A stretch of DNA of 63,857 nt, the filler included, from Candidatus Rokuibacteriota bacterium (GTDB lineage: Bacteria > JAUVQV01 > DATDCY01): the NCBI GenBank assembly GCA_031406795.1. It is 5 parts of 5 records of this genome, joined end to end, with 100 filler letters (N's around TTAATTAATTAA, not from the genome) between each part and the next. Parts side by side here need not be neighbours in the genome. Positions count along the whole stretch, not along the records: positions 1 to 27,687 come from JANOHV010000174.1; positions 27,788 to 49,164 come from JANOHV010000223.1; 3 more parts are not named here. One strand, 5' to 3'. Below the pieces are notes generated by a model. It saw only the letters and a program-made list of their open reading frames with translations, had not been told where the DNA came from and ran no database searches. The translations under genes were made by a program, and so were the position numbers. Below are positions 18,676 to 29,188 of this stretch, one piece after another (position 1 is the first letter of the stretch; each line of letters begins with the position of its first letter).

Positions 18676-18689
18676 TCATAATGTTATGA
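18676..18689. promoter_or_regulatory. Candidate GntR operator
   Basis: TCATAA-tg-TTATGA palindrome just upstream of the GntR start. Confidence 0.5.
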
Positions 18690-18804
18690 CCATGTCAACA
18701 GCAAAGTTTTGGCTTTACGGGGCGAAAAGAGCCTTTCGGGATGTGAGATGGGGCACATCTGGAACCAACTTCAGCGCTTATGGTATTTATTGGGGGAGGG
18801 TGCG

Positions 18805-20363
18805 ATGAGACTTCTTCATCGGATGGGGCTAATCGCCGCGCCACTTGTTGGTCTGTTGTTCACGCCGGATTCATCGATCGCCGTCAACCAGACGTCGGCA
18901 CGGGAAACCAACGCCGTTGCTTTGGCAACCGAAGGGCAGCTGCTGGGCGGCTGTCCGCTCTTCCCCGGAGACAACATTGGAATGTCCGGGTGGACACCCT
19001 GCCCGTTCACGCCCGCTCCGACGACTGGGTCTCGAGCATCGGCCGCAGCAGGGGTTTCCACATGGATTTCGGCTCCGGCACGTGGGATGGGGGGCCCATA
19101 GGCATCCCCGTCAATCTCGTCGCCGGGTCGCAGGTGCCCGCAGTTCGCCCGTCGTTCTACTACCCCGGCGAGTCCGACCCGGGTCCTTATCCGATTCCCA
19201 CCAGCCCGCTGCGGGAGTGGGGCTCCGACCATCACGTTCTGATCGTGGACACGGAGACCTGCAAGCTGTATGAGCTCTACGATGCCGGCTTCACCGGTGG
19301 CCAGTGGTCCGCCGGCTCCGGTGCAATCTGGGACTTGAATTCGCACGCCCTGCGACCCGCCGGCTGGACTTCCGCCGACGCCGCCGGGCTGCCCATCCTT
19401 CCCGGCCTCGTCCGCTATGACGAAGTCGCGGCCGGCAGCATCGACCACGCGCTCCGCTTCACCGCCAGCGTCACCCAGCGGTCTTACCTCTGGCCGGCGC
19501 GGCACCATGCCTCCAGCAACAGCAGCCCGACAGTCCCGCCGATGGGAGCGCGCTTCCGCCTGAAGGCCTCATTCGACATTGCCGGTTTCGATCCGCGGCT
19601 CCAGGTCATTCTGCAGGCGATGAAGAGCTACGGCATCATCCTCGCCGACAACGGTTCGAACTGGTACGTCAGCGGGACGCCCGACGAGCGCTGGGACAAC
19701 GACCTGCTCCACGCGCTCGACTTGCTGACCGGCGCGGATTTCGAAGCCGTGGACGTCGCGGGGTTGATGGTCGACCCCGGCTCCGGCCAGGCCCAGGTCG
19801 CCGCGACCCTGACCGTCGCCTCGACGAACCCGACGAGCGGGGTGACGATTTCGGTGAGCCCGAACGATGGCAGCGGCCAGGGGAGCGGACCGACACCGTT
19901 CACGCGTCTCTACGACGGCGCAGTCCAGGTGACCCTCACCGCGCCCGCCGTGTCCGGAAACAACACTTTCAGAGTCTGGAGCGGCTGCACCAGCACTTCG
20001 GGCACCACCTGCGTCGTCACCTTGGACGGTTCAAGAACGGTGTGGGCAAACTATCGCGACCCGGCGATCACCCCCCCGGCGCGGAACGATTTCGACGGCG
20101 ACGGCCGCTCGGACATCGGCTGCTATGACCCTCCCCGGGGGAACTGGTACGGCTTCTCGAGCACGGACGGGTTCTGGCAGACGCAGTTCGGCTTTGCGCG
20201 GACGCTGCCGGTTACCGGCGACTTCGACGGGGACGGGAGGTTCGACATCGGCTGCTACCACCCCGCCGGGGGTGACTGGTACGTCTTCAAGAGCACGGAA
20301 GGGTTCTGGACGACACGGTTCGGGTACGAGGGGACGGTCCCGCTCGGAGGCACGCTGCGATAG
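18805..20363 (+). pseudogene. Secreted protein with Ig-like and FG-GAP/VCBS repeats, frameshifted near 18977
   Basis: RBS+ATG 18805 signal peptide ...GCPLFPGDNI continues as WNVRVDTLPVH in another frame (AACATTGGAAT lacks one T); DFDGDGRSDIG repeats at the C-terminus. Confidence 0.7.
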
Positions 20364-20445
20364 CCAGGAGGGAGATCCGGCGATTGAGCGCCCGGCGCGA
20401 ATTGCGCCGGGCGCCTGTACGGATCGAATGCTGTCCTGCGCCCCG

Positions 20446-20874
20446 TTACCGGGCTTTCATTTCCGCGCCGCAGACGCACTTGCCGGGCACGTTGGCCTGC
20501 ATGAAGCACTTGCAATCCGGGCACGCGCAGGTGTAGGCGCCTTTCTTGGGGAATGACTTGAGCTGCTTGCCGCAGGAGCACTGGGAGGGGTTCTTCGGGT
20601 TCAGGGCATCACAGCGGCAGTCCACGCACCCGCAGATGGAGTAGGCGGCATCGTCCTCCATGAGCACCTTCTTCAGAATCATCGGCTTGCCGCAGGTGCA
20701 GTTGCCGGGGAGGTTCGCATTCGAGCCGCACTTGCACTCCGGGCCGCAGTTGCAGACGTAGCGGTAACCCTTGGGCGCCTCCTTGCCTGCGGAGCCGGCG
20801 CCGCCGCCGAAAGTGGCGCAACCGCCGATGAACAGGGCCATGCCGGCAAGCAGAGTAAGAACGATTCTCTTCAT
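20446..20874 (-). CDS. Cys-rich metallothionein-like lipoprotein (142 aa, three 6-Cys repeats)
   Basis: RBS AAGGAGG, lipobox IGG-C; three repeats of CxCx2-3CxC...CxCG. Confidence 0.85.
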   Translation of the reverse strand: MKRIVLTLLAGMALFIGGCATFGGGAGSAGKEAPKGYRYVCNCGPECKCGSNANLPGNCTCGKPMILKKVLMEDDAAYSICGCVDCRCDALNPKNPSQCSCGKQLKSFPKKGAYTCACPDCKCFMQANVPGKCVCGAEMKAR

Positions 20875-20998
20875 GGTGCCTCCTTTACAGTGGTTGACCT
20901 CTTTGACATTCGGCGGGTCGGGTCGAGACTCGCCCGCCACACGACTCTCAGTAAAGCCGCAAGGCCGGGCAATGTCAAGCGCAGCCCGTTGTCTTTCT

Positions 20999-21086
20999 TG
21001 GTGCCGGAGGCGGGAATCGAACCCGCAAGGGCGCAAGGCCCGGGGGATTTTGAGTCCCCTGCGTCTGCCAGTTCCGCCACTCCGGC
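20999..21086 (-). tRNA. tRNA-Leu(CAA)
   Basis: GCCGGAGTGGCGGAACTGGCAGACGC-AGGGGACT-CAA-AATCCCC, long variable arm, GGTTCGATTCC, CCA. Confidence 0.97.
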
Positions 21087-21163
21087 CTGTTCGTGCCAGT
21101 GTACGGTACCAGAGGCAACCCCTGCACGGCAACCCGCAGTCGTTCGGCGGTCGGGGAAAGGGC

Positions 21164-21192
21164 TTGACATCCAACGATCTAGCGTCTAATTT
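21164..21192 (+). promoter_or_regulatory. Sigma70-like promoter for tRNA-Ala
   Basis: TTGACA-17nt-TAATTT. Confidence 0.55.
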
Positions 21193-21228
21193 CAGCCGGT
21201 GCCGACCAGGGACGACCGGCGGCGCATT

Positions 21229-21304
21229 GGGGCTGTAGCTCAGTTGGGAGAGCGCATGAATGGCATTCATGAGGTCAGGGGTTCGATCCCCCTCAGCTCC
21301 ACCA
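21229..21304 (+). tRNA. tRNA-Ala(GGC)
   Basis: GGGGCTGTAGCTCAGTTGGGAGAGCG-CATGAAT-GGC-ATTCATG...GGTTCGATCC...CTCCACCA, 76 nt, G3-U70. Confidence 0.97.
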
Positions 21305-21342
21305 TTCGTTCTTGGCATAGGTTCGGGGAGGTCTGCAAGGCG

Positions 21343-21876
21343 ATGCGACTGGCCGGATTGAGATCGTTGCTGTTCTGGACTGTTGCCATCCTGGCGGGCG
21401 GCGTTCTCGCGGGCTGCGACAACCCGTTCGATCCGCTCAAGACCACGGACAAGATTCAGGGACTGACGTTCTTCGATTTCACCGCGGCCCAGGCGCATTG
21501 GGATTCGGACCCGGAGTGGGACGGCTTGCAGATCTCCATGAGCTACTTCAATGAGTTCGGCGACCAGCTCAACTTCCACGACAAGCCCCACCAGCTGACG
21601 ATCGAGCTTTATTCGGAGGTGGCAGGCGACGCCACGGGCGACCCCGTGACGAGGGGCGGCCTCCTCGCCTCGTTCGACCTCGAATACTCCAACTCGGACG
21701 ACCTCATCAACGTCCCGATCGAGTTCTACGGCGGATCCCTCTCGCTGCCTTCCACCGAAGCCGTCACGGGCTGCGTGCTGATACGCGTCTTCCCGCCGCA
21801 GCAATCACCGCAGCGGGAGTTGTTCTTCTTCACCTGCGGCGTGGAATTATTCACGCCTGAGGACGCGCTGCTTTAG
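21343..21876 (+). CDS. Hypothetical lipoprotein
   Basis: Lipobox LAG-C; acidic beta-rich mature region. Confidence 0.75.
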   Translation: MRLAGLRSLLFWTVAILAGGVLAGCDNPFDPLKTTDKIQGLTFFDFTAAQAHWDSDPEWDGLQISMSYFNEFGDQLNFHDKPHQLTIELYSEVAGDATGDPVTRGGLLASFDLEYSNSDDLINVPIEFYGGSLSLPSTEAVTGCVLIRVFPPQQSPQRELFFFTCGVELFTPEDALL

Positions 21877-21894
21877 TAATCCTCCCCTTCGGCG

Positions 21895-21924
21895 AGGCCC
21901 CGGGGACCATGCCCGGGGCCTTTT
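21895..21924 (+). terminator. Intrinsic terminator-like hairpin
   Basis: AGGCCCCGGG...CCCGGGGCCT followed by TTT, between convergent genes. Confidence 0.6.
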
Positions 21925-21930
21925 CGCGTT

Positions 21931-22920
21931 TCAGCCCCCGGTCGCTGGGTCGGCAGAACCGCCCGACAGGAACGCGTCGACCTCGCCCAAGACCTCCGCC
22001 GGGTCCTCGAGACGCACGACCCGGCGACGGAATTCGTGCGCCCCGGCGCGCCCTCGGGCGTACCAGATCAGATGTCGCCGCATCGTGTGGACGCCATGGC
22101 GCGGGCCGAACTCCTCGATCGAAAGCGCGAGATGGCGCGCGATCACGCGCCCCAGTTCGGCGGAGTCGGGTCCCGGCAGCGGCGACCCGGCAAGAAGCGC
22201 GGCAGCCTCCCGGAAGATCCAGGGATTGCCGTAGGCCCCGCGGCCGATCATGACCGCGGCGCACCCGGAGTCGCGAAGCGCCTGCACCGCCCGCTGCGGA
22301 GTGGCGAGGTCGCCATTGCCGACCACGGGCAGCGCGCCGTCCGCCGCCACGTCCCGGATGACCCCCCAGTCCGCCAGACCGGTGAAACACTGCCGCCCGG
22401 TGCGGCCGTGAACGGTGACGGCCGCGACGCCGCACTCGCGTGCGATGCGCGCGATCTCTACGGCATTGCGCTCGTTGTCGTCCCAGCCGGCGCGGATCTT
22501 GGCGAGGACGGGCTTGGTCGCGACGGAGCAGACCGCGGTGAGAATCGCCCGCACGCGGGCCGGTTCGCGCATGATGGCGACCCCGCAGCCGGCCCGGACG
22601 ATCTTGCGGGCCGGGCAGCCGAAGTTGACGTCGATGAACGGCACCGCCAGCGTGTTGACCACCAGCGCCGCCGCCCGCATGTCCTCCGGACGTCCGCCGA
22701 AGAGCTGGACGCCGACGCGCGGCGCCTCCGCGGGCGACGGCAGCAGGCTCACCGTCTTGCGATCCCCGCGCGCGAGGCCGGCGGCGGAAACCATCTCGGA
22801 GAAGACGAGTCCGGCGCCCATCTCGAGCGCGATCGTCCGGAAGGAACGGTTGGTGACTCCCGCCATCGGGGCGAGGAAGAACGGGTTCGGCAACTCGACG
22901 CCGCAGAAGTTGAATGACAT
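21931..22920 (-). CDS. dusB: tRNA dihydrouridine synthase DusB
   Basis: LAPMAGVT, IDVNFGCP, TVHGRT, VVGNGD, VMIGRGAYGNPWIF. Confidence 0.92.
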   Translation of the reverse strand: MSFNFCGVELPNPFFLAPMAGVTNRSFRTIALEMGAGLVFSEMVSAAGLARGDRKTVSLLPSPAEAPRVGVQLFGGRPEDMRAAALVVNTLAVPFIDVNFGCPARKIVRAGCGVAIMREPARVRAILTAVCSVATKPVLAKIRAGWDDNERNAVEIARIARECGVAAVTVHGRTGRQCFTGLADWGVIRDVAADGALPVVGNGDLATPQRAVQALRDSGCAAVMIGRGAYGNPWIFREAAALLAGSPLPGPDSAELGRVIARHLALSIEEFGPRHGVHTMRRHLIWYARGRAGAHEFRRRVVRLEDPAEVLGEVDAFLSGGSADPATGG

Positions 22921-22980
22921 GGGAGGCAGACAATAGCCGATTCGACGCCGTAACGCCACCTCTGAACCGCGGCAACTGGG

Positions 22981-23415
22981 CGTTGGAGTCGGCCTGTAAG
23001 CCGAGTTCTGTCCCCCCGGCCTCTCAGCCGGAGGTGGCGGCCATTTCTCTAGGACGCCGATTGCCCGGCGCCTCCAGCGACCGTACCCGCTCCACCCTGC
23101 CTTGCGGCAATCCGGGCGGGCAACCCTCTTCCCCCCGAAGGAGGAAGGCGGAGCCTATTTGGTCTTGCTCCGAGTGGGGTTTTCCGGGTCCCCCGATCAC
23201 CCGGGGAACCGGTGAGCTCTTACCTCGCCGTTTCACCCTTACCCTCGGGAACTTCCCCGCACTGCGCGAAGAGGCCCGGGGCGGTTTGTTTTCTGTGGCA
23301 CTATCCTTCCCGTCGCCAGGACTCCGCGTTACGGAGCACCCTGCCCTACGGAGCTCGGACTTTCCTCCCGCCGCGGCTTGCACCGCAGCCGGCGGCCGCC
23401 CGGCCGGCTCCAACG
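22981..23415 (-). ncRNA. rnpB: RNase P RNA (class A)
   Basis: GAGGAAAGTCCGAGCTCC, AGTGCCACAGAAAACAAACCGCC, GGTAAGAGCTCACC, ACAGAACTCGGCTTAC; complementary ends CGTTGGAG/CTCCAACG. Confidence 0.97.
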
Positions 23416-23465
23416 CCCGCGCGACTGTACCCCCTGCGCCCTTCGAACGCAACTATGACCGTTAC

Positions 23466-23604
23466 GGCCGCTGAAAAGGGCCCATCGGCGGCTCCTTGCC
23501 CCCTGCGAGCGAGAGCGAGTGGGGGGAAGCCCTGCGGCGGGCACGAGCCCGCCTCAGTCGCAGCTTCGGGTGGCTGCCTTGCACCTGGACCCTTTTGATC
23601 AGCC
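23466..23604 (-). repeat. Structured ~140-bp MITE-like repeat, copy 1
   Basis: GGCTGATCAAAAGGGTCCAG...GCGACTGAGGCG-hairpin-CGCCGCAGGG...TGGGCCCTTTTCAGCGGCC, homologous to 31994-32113. Confidence 0.8.
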
Positions 23605-23748
23605 TCTCCGTTATGTGCCGGACCAGGACCAGCGAGGCGGCGGGGGCATGACTGAGGGAAGATGCGCGAAGACGCCGATCAGCCTGGAGTGCCGCCCGGG
23701 GCGGTTTCCGCAGGGACGCAGGCTCGTTGTTTGAGCCGAAGGCGAGCC

Positions 23749-23816
23749 GGGCGGGGGTCAACCCCGCCCCTACGACGAAATCGTCCACGCGTAGGGGAGG
23801 GGTTCACCCCCTCCCG
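23749..23816. repeat. REP doublet (REPIN) of the RAYT-associated family
   Basis: GGGCGGGGGTCAACCCCGCCCCTAC ... GTAGGGGAGGGGTTCACCCCCTCCCG. Confidence 0.85.
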
Positions 23817-23910
23817 TATGACGGGTAGGCGGCGCAGACGCACGACCGAAGGGACGCCGCCGTCGCCTCGCGCACGGGAACAGTTGCCCTCCAGGCGCGC
23901 GACTGGTTAC

Positions 23911-24525
23911 TCATCGACCGCTCGCATTGTCCATTGCTTCGTTCGCGAGCGCGTCCGCTTCCTTATTGAACTCGCGCCGCACGTGCGCGACGTCGACGCG
24001 GCCGATCTCGCGCATCAGCCGGATCGCCTCCTGCAGGTACTGCTGCAGATGAGGGACCGTGGTGCGGTAGCGCCCGTTGACCTGATTCACGAGCAGCTCC
24101 GAGTCGGAGAACACCCGCAGATGCCTCACTCCGGCATCGCGCGCCCGCGCCAGCGCCGTCAGCAGGGCCTGGTACTCGGCGGTGTTGTTCGTCGCCCGCC
24201 CGATGTACCGGGCAATGCTCTGCAGCGGCGCGCCGCTGCGATCCTGAAAGTATACGCCCACGCCCGCCTCGCCGGGGTTTCCCCGCGAACCGCCGTCGAT
24301 GTGGACCGTGACCTCGGCCGGCCAGTCGCCCACCGCCGCGGCGCAGTCCGCGGCCGTACGCGCCGCCGGCGCCGGTCGGGTGGTCCCGCGGGGCAGCTTT
24401 CCCGCAGCCGCGCGGACCATCGCGCGCAGCTCCTCGCGAGCCAGGCCGGGAAAGCGCGAGAGAACCTCACCCGCGTCCAGGGAAGCGGCGAGCGCTTCGA
24501 GGACCGCGCGGGGGTCGTGAATCAA
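23911..24525 (-). CDS. rnhA: Ribonuclease HI family protein with N-terminal extension
   Basis: IDGGSRGNPG, TNNTAEY, SDSELLVNQ, NKEADALAN; TTG start overlapping the upstream stop. Confidence 0.88.
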   Translation of the reverse strand: MIHDPRAVLEALAASLDAGEVLSRFPGLAREELRAMVRAAAGKLPRGTTRPAPAARTAADCAAAVGDWPAEVTVHIDGGSRGNPGEAGVGVYFQDRSGAPLQSIARYIGRATNNTAEYQALLTALARARDAGVRHLRVFSDSELLVNQVNGRYRTTVPHLQQYLQEAIRLMREIGRVDVAHVRREFNKEADALANEAMDNASGR

Positions 24526-25268
24526 GCGGCAGGCTCCGGCGCGCTCGGCGTCGCGGGGCGCACCTCGGGCTTGAGGTAATAGAGGATCCGCTGGCAGTGC
24601 GGGCAGTTGTGGATCCGGTCGTTGCGCATGACTTCCATGAAATTCTGGGGCGTGACCTTCGTGCTGCACCCCAGGCAGAACTCGTCGCGCACTTCGGCCA
24701 CGGCGCTTCCCCTCAGCTTGAGAATCCGCTGGTAGGTCTGGATCGCCGCCGGCTCGAGGGTCGCGACGATCCCGGCCCGGGCGGCCTCGCCGGCGGCGAG
24801 TTCCACGCGCAGCTTCTCCTCCGAGCCGCGCAGCACGCGCTCCTTCTGCTGGAACTCGAGCCTCTCGCGGCCGACCTCGACGGTGAGCCCCGGGAGCAGC
24901 TGCTCGGCTGCGGCCTGCTGCTCCATCTGCGTGAGAATCCGGTCCTCGGCCGCCGTCTCCTCGAGCTTCAGCGAGGCGAGCTCGCCCATCAGCGCCTGGT
25001 ACTCCTTGTTCGTCTTGACTTTGCTCTGCTGCTCCTGGAACTTGCGCCGCTTGTCGATCTGGACTTCCAGCTCCTTCTCGGCGGCGCGGCGGTCCTTGCG
25101 CGCGCCCTCGATGCGCGCCTTCCCCTCCTCGAGAGCCCGTTCGGCGGCGGCGAGGTGCAGCCGGGTCTCCTCGATCTGCGGGGCGATCCCGGCCAGTTGC
25201 TGCGCCAGGCGTTGAACCTCGCGGTCCAGCGCCTGAAGCCGGATGAGATTCTCCAGTTGCTCGTACAT
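24522..25268 (-). CDS. C4-type zinc ribbon / coiled-coil protein (DUF164)
   Basis: Long coiled coil, CLGC...CPHCQRIL; conserved neighbour of Nif3 and rnhA. Confidence 0.92.
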   Translation of the reverse strand: MYEQLENLIRLQALDREVQRLAQQLAGIAPQIEETRLHLAAAERALEEGKARIEGARKDRRAAEKELEVQIDKRRKFQEQQSKVKTNKEYQALMGELASLKLEETAAEDRILTQMEQQAAAEQLLPGLTVEVGRERLEFQQKERVLRGSEEKLRVELAAGEAARAGIVATLEPAAIQTYQRILKLRGSAVAEVRDEFCLGCSTKVTPQNFMEVMRNDRIHNCPHCQRILYYLKPEVRPATPSAPEPAA

Positions 25269-25277
25269 GTCGATTCG

Positions 25278-26390
25278 TTACCTCCCGGCCGCGGTCCGTG
25301 CTGCCCGCGGCTCCTTGTAGATGACGACCGGGACGGGGGACCCGGCAGCGGCCAGCCCCCCCCGGATCAGACGCGCAAGCAGGTCGACCGCCGGCATCTC
25401 GGTGCGGTCGTGGCCAAGCTCGACGATCGCGATGCCGTGATGCTCGGCCTCGCGCATGTTGTGGTAGCGGACTTCCCCGGTGACGAACACCTCCGCGCCG
25501 GCGGCCGCGGCCAGCGGGACCAGCCGCCCGCCGCTGCCCGGGCAGACGGCGACCGTGCGCACCCTTTTCACCCGCGCCCCCGAAACCCGCGCTTCAGCCC
25601 CGAGCGAGCGGGCCGCACGGCGGGCGAAGGCGCCGAGACTCGTCGCGGCGGTGCCGCCGACGCAACCGAAACCGCCCAGCGGCTTCGGCAGCAGCGGATA
25701 ACAATCGACCGCGGGCTCCTCATACGGGTGCACGCGACGGATGGCCGCCAGCACGGCGGGGAGATCCGCCTCCGCGGCGAGCATCTCGAGGCGCTCCTCG
25801 GCGACACGCTCGAGTCGCCCCGGCTTGCCGATGAGAGGCCGCGCCCCGCCAAGCGGGCGGAACATCCCCTCCCCGCGGCCGGAAAAGGCGCAGGAGTCAT
25901 AGCCGCCGATCGCCCCCGCTCCGGCTGCAGTCATGGCCGCATGCAGTTCAGCCACAGCCGCGGCGGGGGCGAAGACGACCACCTTGACGCGTGCCGGACC
26001 ATTCACCGGGTGCAGGAAACGCGGGTTCTCGAGCCCCAGGAGCCCGGCGACGGCAACCGCGAGCCCCGCCGGCGCGGCGTCAAGATTGGTGTGGGCGGCA
26101 TACACCGAAATTCCGGCGCCGATCGCGGCGGCGACGGCGGCTCCGGTCGCGGTGCCGGTGTCGATCCGGCGCAGGGGGTCCATGAACAGCGGGTGGTGGG
26201 TGACCAGCAGATCGGCCTTCGCACGAACGGCCCGGCGCACCGCAGTCGAGGTCGGATCGAGCGCCACGAGAATGCCGCCGACGCCCGCGTCCGCGCGGCC
26301 GGCCTGGAGCCCGGGGTTGTCATCGGGGAGAGCGAGGGCGAGCGGGGCGGCCCGTTCGATGATCCGCGCCACATCCCCGACGCGGATCAC
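25278..26390 (-). CDS. Nif3-like dinuclear metal centre hexameric protein
   Basis: DNPGLQAG, THHPLF, HTNLD, HPYEEPA, GHDRTE. Confidence 0.93.
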   Translation of the reverse strand: MIRVGDVARIIERAAPLALALPDDNPGLQAGRADAGVGGILVALDPTSTAVRRAVRAKADLLVTHHPLFMDPLRRIDTGTATGAAVAAAIGAGISVYAAHTNLDAAPAGLAVAVAGLLGLENPRFLHPVNGPARVKVVVFAPAAAVAELHAAMTAAGAGAIGGYDSCAFSGRGEGMFRPLGGARPLIGKPGRLERVAEERLEMLAAEADLPAVLAAIRRVHPYEEPAVDCYPLLPKPLGGFGCVGGTAATSLGAFARRAARSLGAEARVSGARVKRVRTVAVCPGSGGRLVPLAAAAGAEVFVTGEVRYHNMREAEHHGIAIVELGHDRTEMPAVDLLARLIRGGLAAAGSPVPVVIYKEPRAARTAAGR

Positions 26391-26541
26391 CGCTGGTTCC
26401 CCTCCCGGGGCGCCCGCTGCTCCCTGAACAAAAAAAGCGCGTCACGGGACGCGCTTGTGGGCCTTCGCCCCAATCCAGCGTGATCAGGGCGCCGCGGGAT
26501 GCCGGGTTTCAGCGTACCGTACAGCGTCACCTCCAGCAACA

Positions 26542-26617
26542 TGGTGGGCCCACCAGGACTCGAACCTGGGACCAACCGGTTATGAGCCGGTAGCTCTACC
26601 AGCTGAGCTATAGGCCC
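26542..26617 (-). tRNA. tRNA with CAT anticodon, most likely tRNA-Ile2
   Basis: GGGCCTATAGCTCAGCTGGTAGAGCTACCGGCT-CAT-AACCGGT...GGGCCCACCA; lacks initiator features; located after rpoD. Confidence 0.92.
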
Positions 26618-26661
26618 GCATCCTTCAGATTGTACCACATCATCCAAACGACAGGGCGCCC

Positions 26662-26686
26662 GGGCGGGGATCAACCCCGCCCCTAC
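26662..26686 (-). repeat. Single REP copy
   Basis: GGGCGGGGATCAACCCCGCCCCTAC downstream of rpoD. Confidence 0.75.
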
Positions 26687-26706
26687 GAATCAACCAGGCG
26701 CGCGCC

Positions 26707-27687
<981 letters not shown>

Positions 27688-27787
27688 NNNNNNNNNNNNN
27701 NNNNNNNNNNNNNNNNNNNNNNNNNNNNNNNTTAATTAATTAANNNNNNNNNNNNNNNNNNNNNNNNNNNNNNNNNNNNNNNNNNNN
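27688..27787. other. Artificial contig linker
   Basis: N-run with TTAATTAATTAA. Confidence 0.99.
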
Positions 27788-28600
27788 AAAGCCCAGATCG
27801 AGGGCGCCTTCACGTCCCGGTCGGATGTGACCGCGGGGGGCAGTTCCGCCGTGGACGGTCGCAACCACACGATCTCCGGCGCACTCGGTGGAACCTGCGG
27901 ATCGGACATGCCCGGCGTGACGGTGGACGTCGGCGCCACAGCGCCGCCGTGCGGCGGCAACATCGTCAGTTCCGGAGGCACGCCCTGCTCGACGAACTTC
28001 GATCCGACGGCGCCGGGGAAGCGGGACCTGGGAACGACACCCTGGGATGTCCTCGGGATGACGGAAGCGGATTTCAATTCCATGTTCGTCAAGGATGCAA
28101 CCTCCGCCACGATTCCCCAGCCGTGCTCGGCAAATCCGTATTATCTGTGGTTCAAGAAGGAGAGCATTAGCTTCAACAACAGTTCGGGGTGCAACGGCTA
28201 TTCGGGCATCCTGGTGGTCCACAACGAGGGCTTCAATGCCAAGGACTGGGCCGTGAAGTGCCCAGCGGACTGGAATGTCCCGAATGCGCTTGGCGGGCAT
28301 GCGAACGAGTACGACCCGGCGTACTGCAGCGACGCGCAGTATCAACCGGCAACGCTCACGATGAACGGAAACGTCACATGGACGGGGGTCATCATTGCCG
28401 ACCAAGTGATGCTGTTCAACGGGACCCCGGTCATCACCGGCGGCGTTTATACGCTGGCCACCAATCACGACTCGCCCAGTTACACGGTCAAGTCGGGGAT
28501 TTCAGGCAATATCACCATCATGTACAGCTGCGACGCGGTCGCCGCGGTCACCAAGCGGATCGGCTACAAGAAGAAGATCGGATGGCAGCGCGTCCGGTGA
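27788..28600 (+). CDS. PilX-like / type IV pilus accessory protein, C-terminal part
   Basis: Open from contig start; Gly/Ser/Cys-rich beta region, GILVVH, GVIIAD, ends GWQRVR. Confidence 0.5.
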   Translation, partial: KAQIEGAFTSRSDVTAGGSSAVDGRNHTISGALGGTCGSDMPGVTVDVGATAPPCGGNIVSSGGTPCSTNFDPTAPGKRDLGTTPWDVLGMTEADFNSMFVKDATSATIPQPCSANPYYLWFKKESISFNNSSGCNGYSGILVVHNEGFNAKDWAVKCPADWNVPNALGGHANEYDPAYCSDAQYQPATLTMNGNVTWTGVIIADQVMLFNGTPVITGGVYTLATNHDSPSYTVKSGISGNITIMYSCDAVAAVTKRIGYKKKIGWQRVR

Positions 28601-29004
28601 TGGATTTCGTCCACGCGCGCCGCAAGGTGGTGTCGGCACTTACCCTTGTTGCCGCCGCCTGTTTGCTGTCCGCGACGCCGGCAGCGTTCGCCGCAGGTGA
28701 CCCGAAGGTCTGGCGCGCCCTGACGGAAGAGGACCGGCGCGCCCGGACGCCAACTGCGGTCCCGGGAGGGAAGGGCAGTTTTGCCGCACCGGTTTCCCGT
28801 GATTCGGTTCTCGTGTCTGTCACCGCCGGGATCATCGTGGCGTTGTTCGCCGGGATCGGCATCGCGGTGCTCGCCTTGACGCGACGGCCCCGGCAGGTCC
28901 CCGCGCCGCCCCGACCTGCCAAACTGGAGACAGGGAGTGAGATCGAGCGGCTCTGGAGCCAGCACCTGACACTGAAGCGACGGAAGCGCGGCAGGACGTT
29001 TTGA
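28600..29004 (+). CDS. Hypothetical membrane protein
   Basis: ATG overlaps the upstream TGA; signal peptide plus one TM helix. Confidence 0.55.
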   Translation: MDFVHARRKVVSALTLVAAACLLSATPAAFAAGDPKVWRALTEEDRRARTPTAVPGGKGSFAAPVSRDSVLVSVTAGIIVALFAGIGIAVLALTRRPRQVPAPPRPAKLETGSEIERLWSQHLTLKRRKRGRTF

Positions 29005-29188
29005 CAACGCACGCTACCGAGGTTTTAATGACGCGCTGCTCATTCATATCGGCCGAGGCGGCAACGATCAAGGGGATCGTCTCCTCCACCGTCCCGCACA
29101 AAGTCCTCGCCTGGCGGAGGATGTACAATTAACCCCGTTCCTGCCCCGCCGCACCGCCGCCATTTCAGGTGGCCATGCGAGTGACGAG

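Noticed and set aside
20875-21804. 452-aa ORF 20446-21804 (-) as a whole
   Set aside because: Runs through two tRNAs and antisense to a lipoprotein; only 20446-20874 is real
23024-23452. ORFs over 23024-23598
   Set aside because: They overlap the RNase P RNA gene
24597-26483. Long antisense ORFs (e.g. 24597-26483, 7149-9248, 32138-34219, 44777-46582)
   Set aside because: Shadow ORFs of high-GC coding strands with no motifs
26542-26617. tRNA-Sec or initiator tRNA
   Set aside because: 76-nt CAT tRNA with a paired G1-C72 and no long arm; no selC found in this window
27688-27787. TTAATTAATTAA motif repeated four times in the window
   Set aside because: Artificial all-frame-stop contig linker; adjacency across these gaps has no biological meaning
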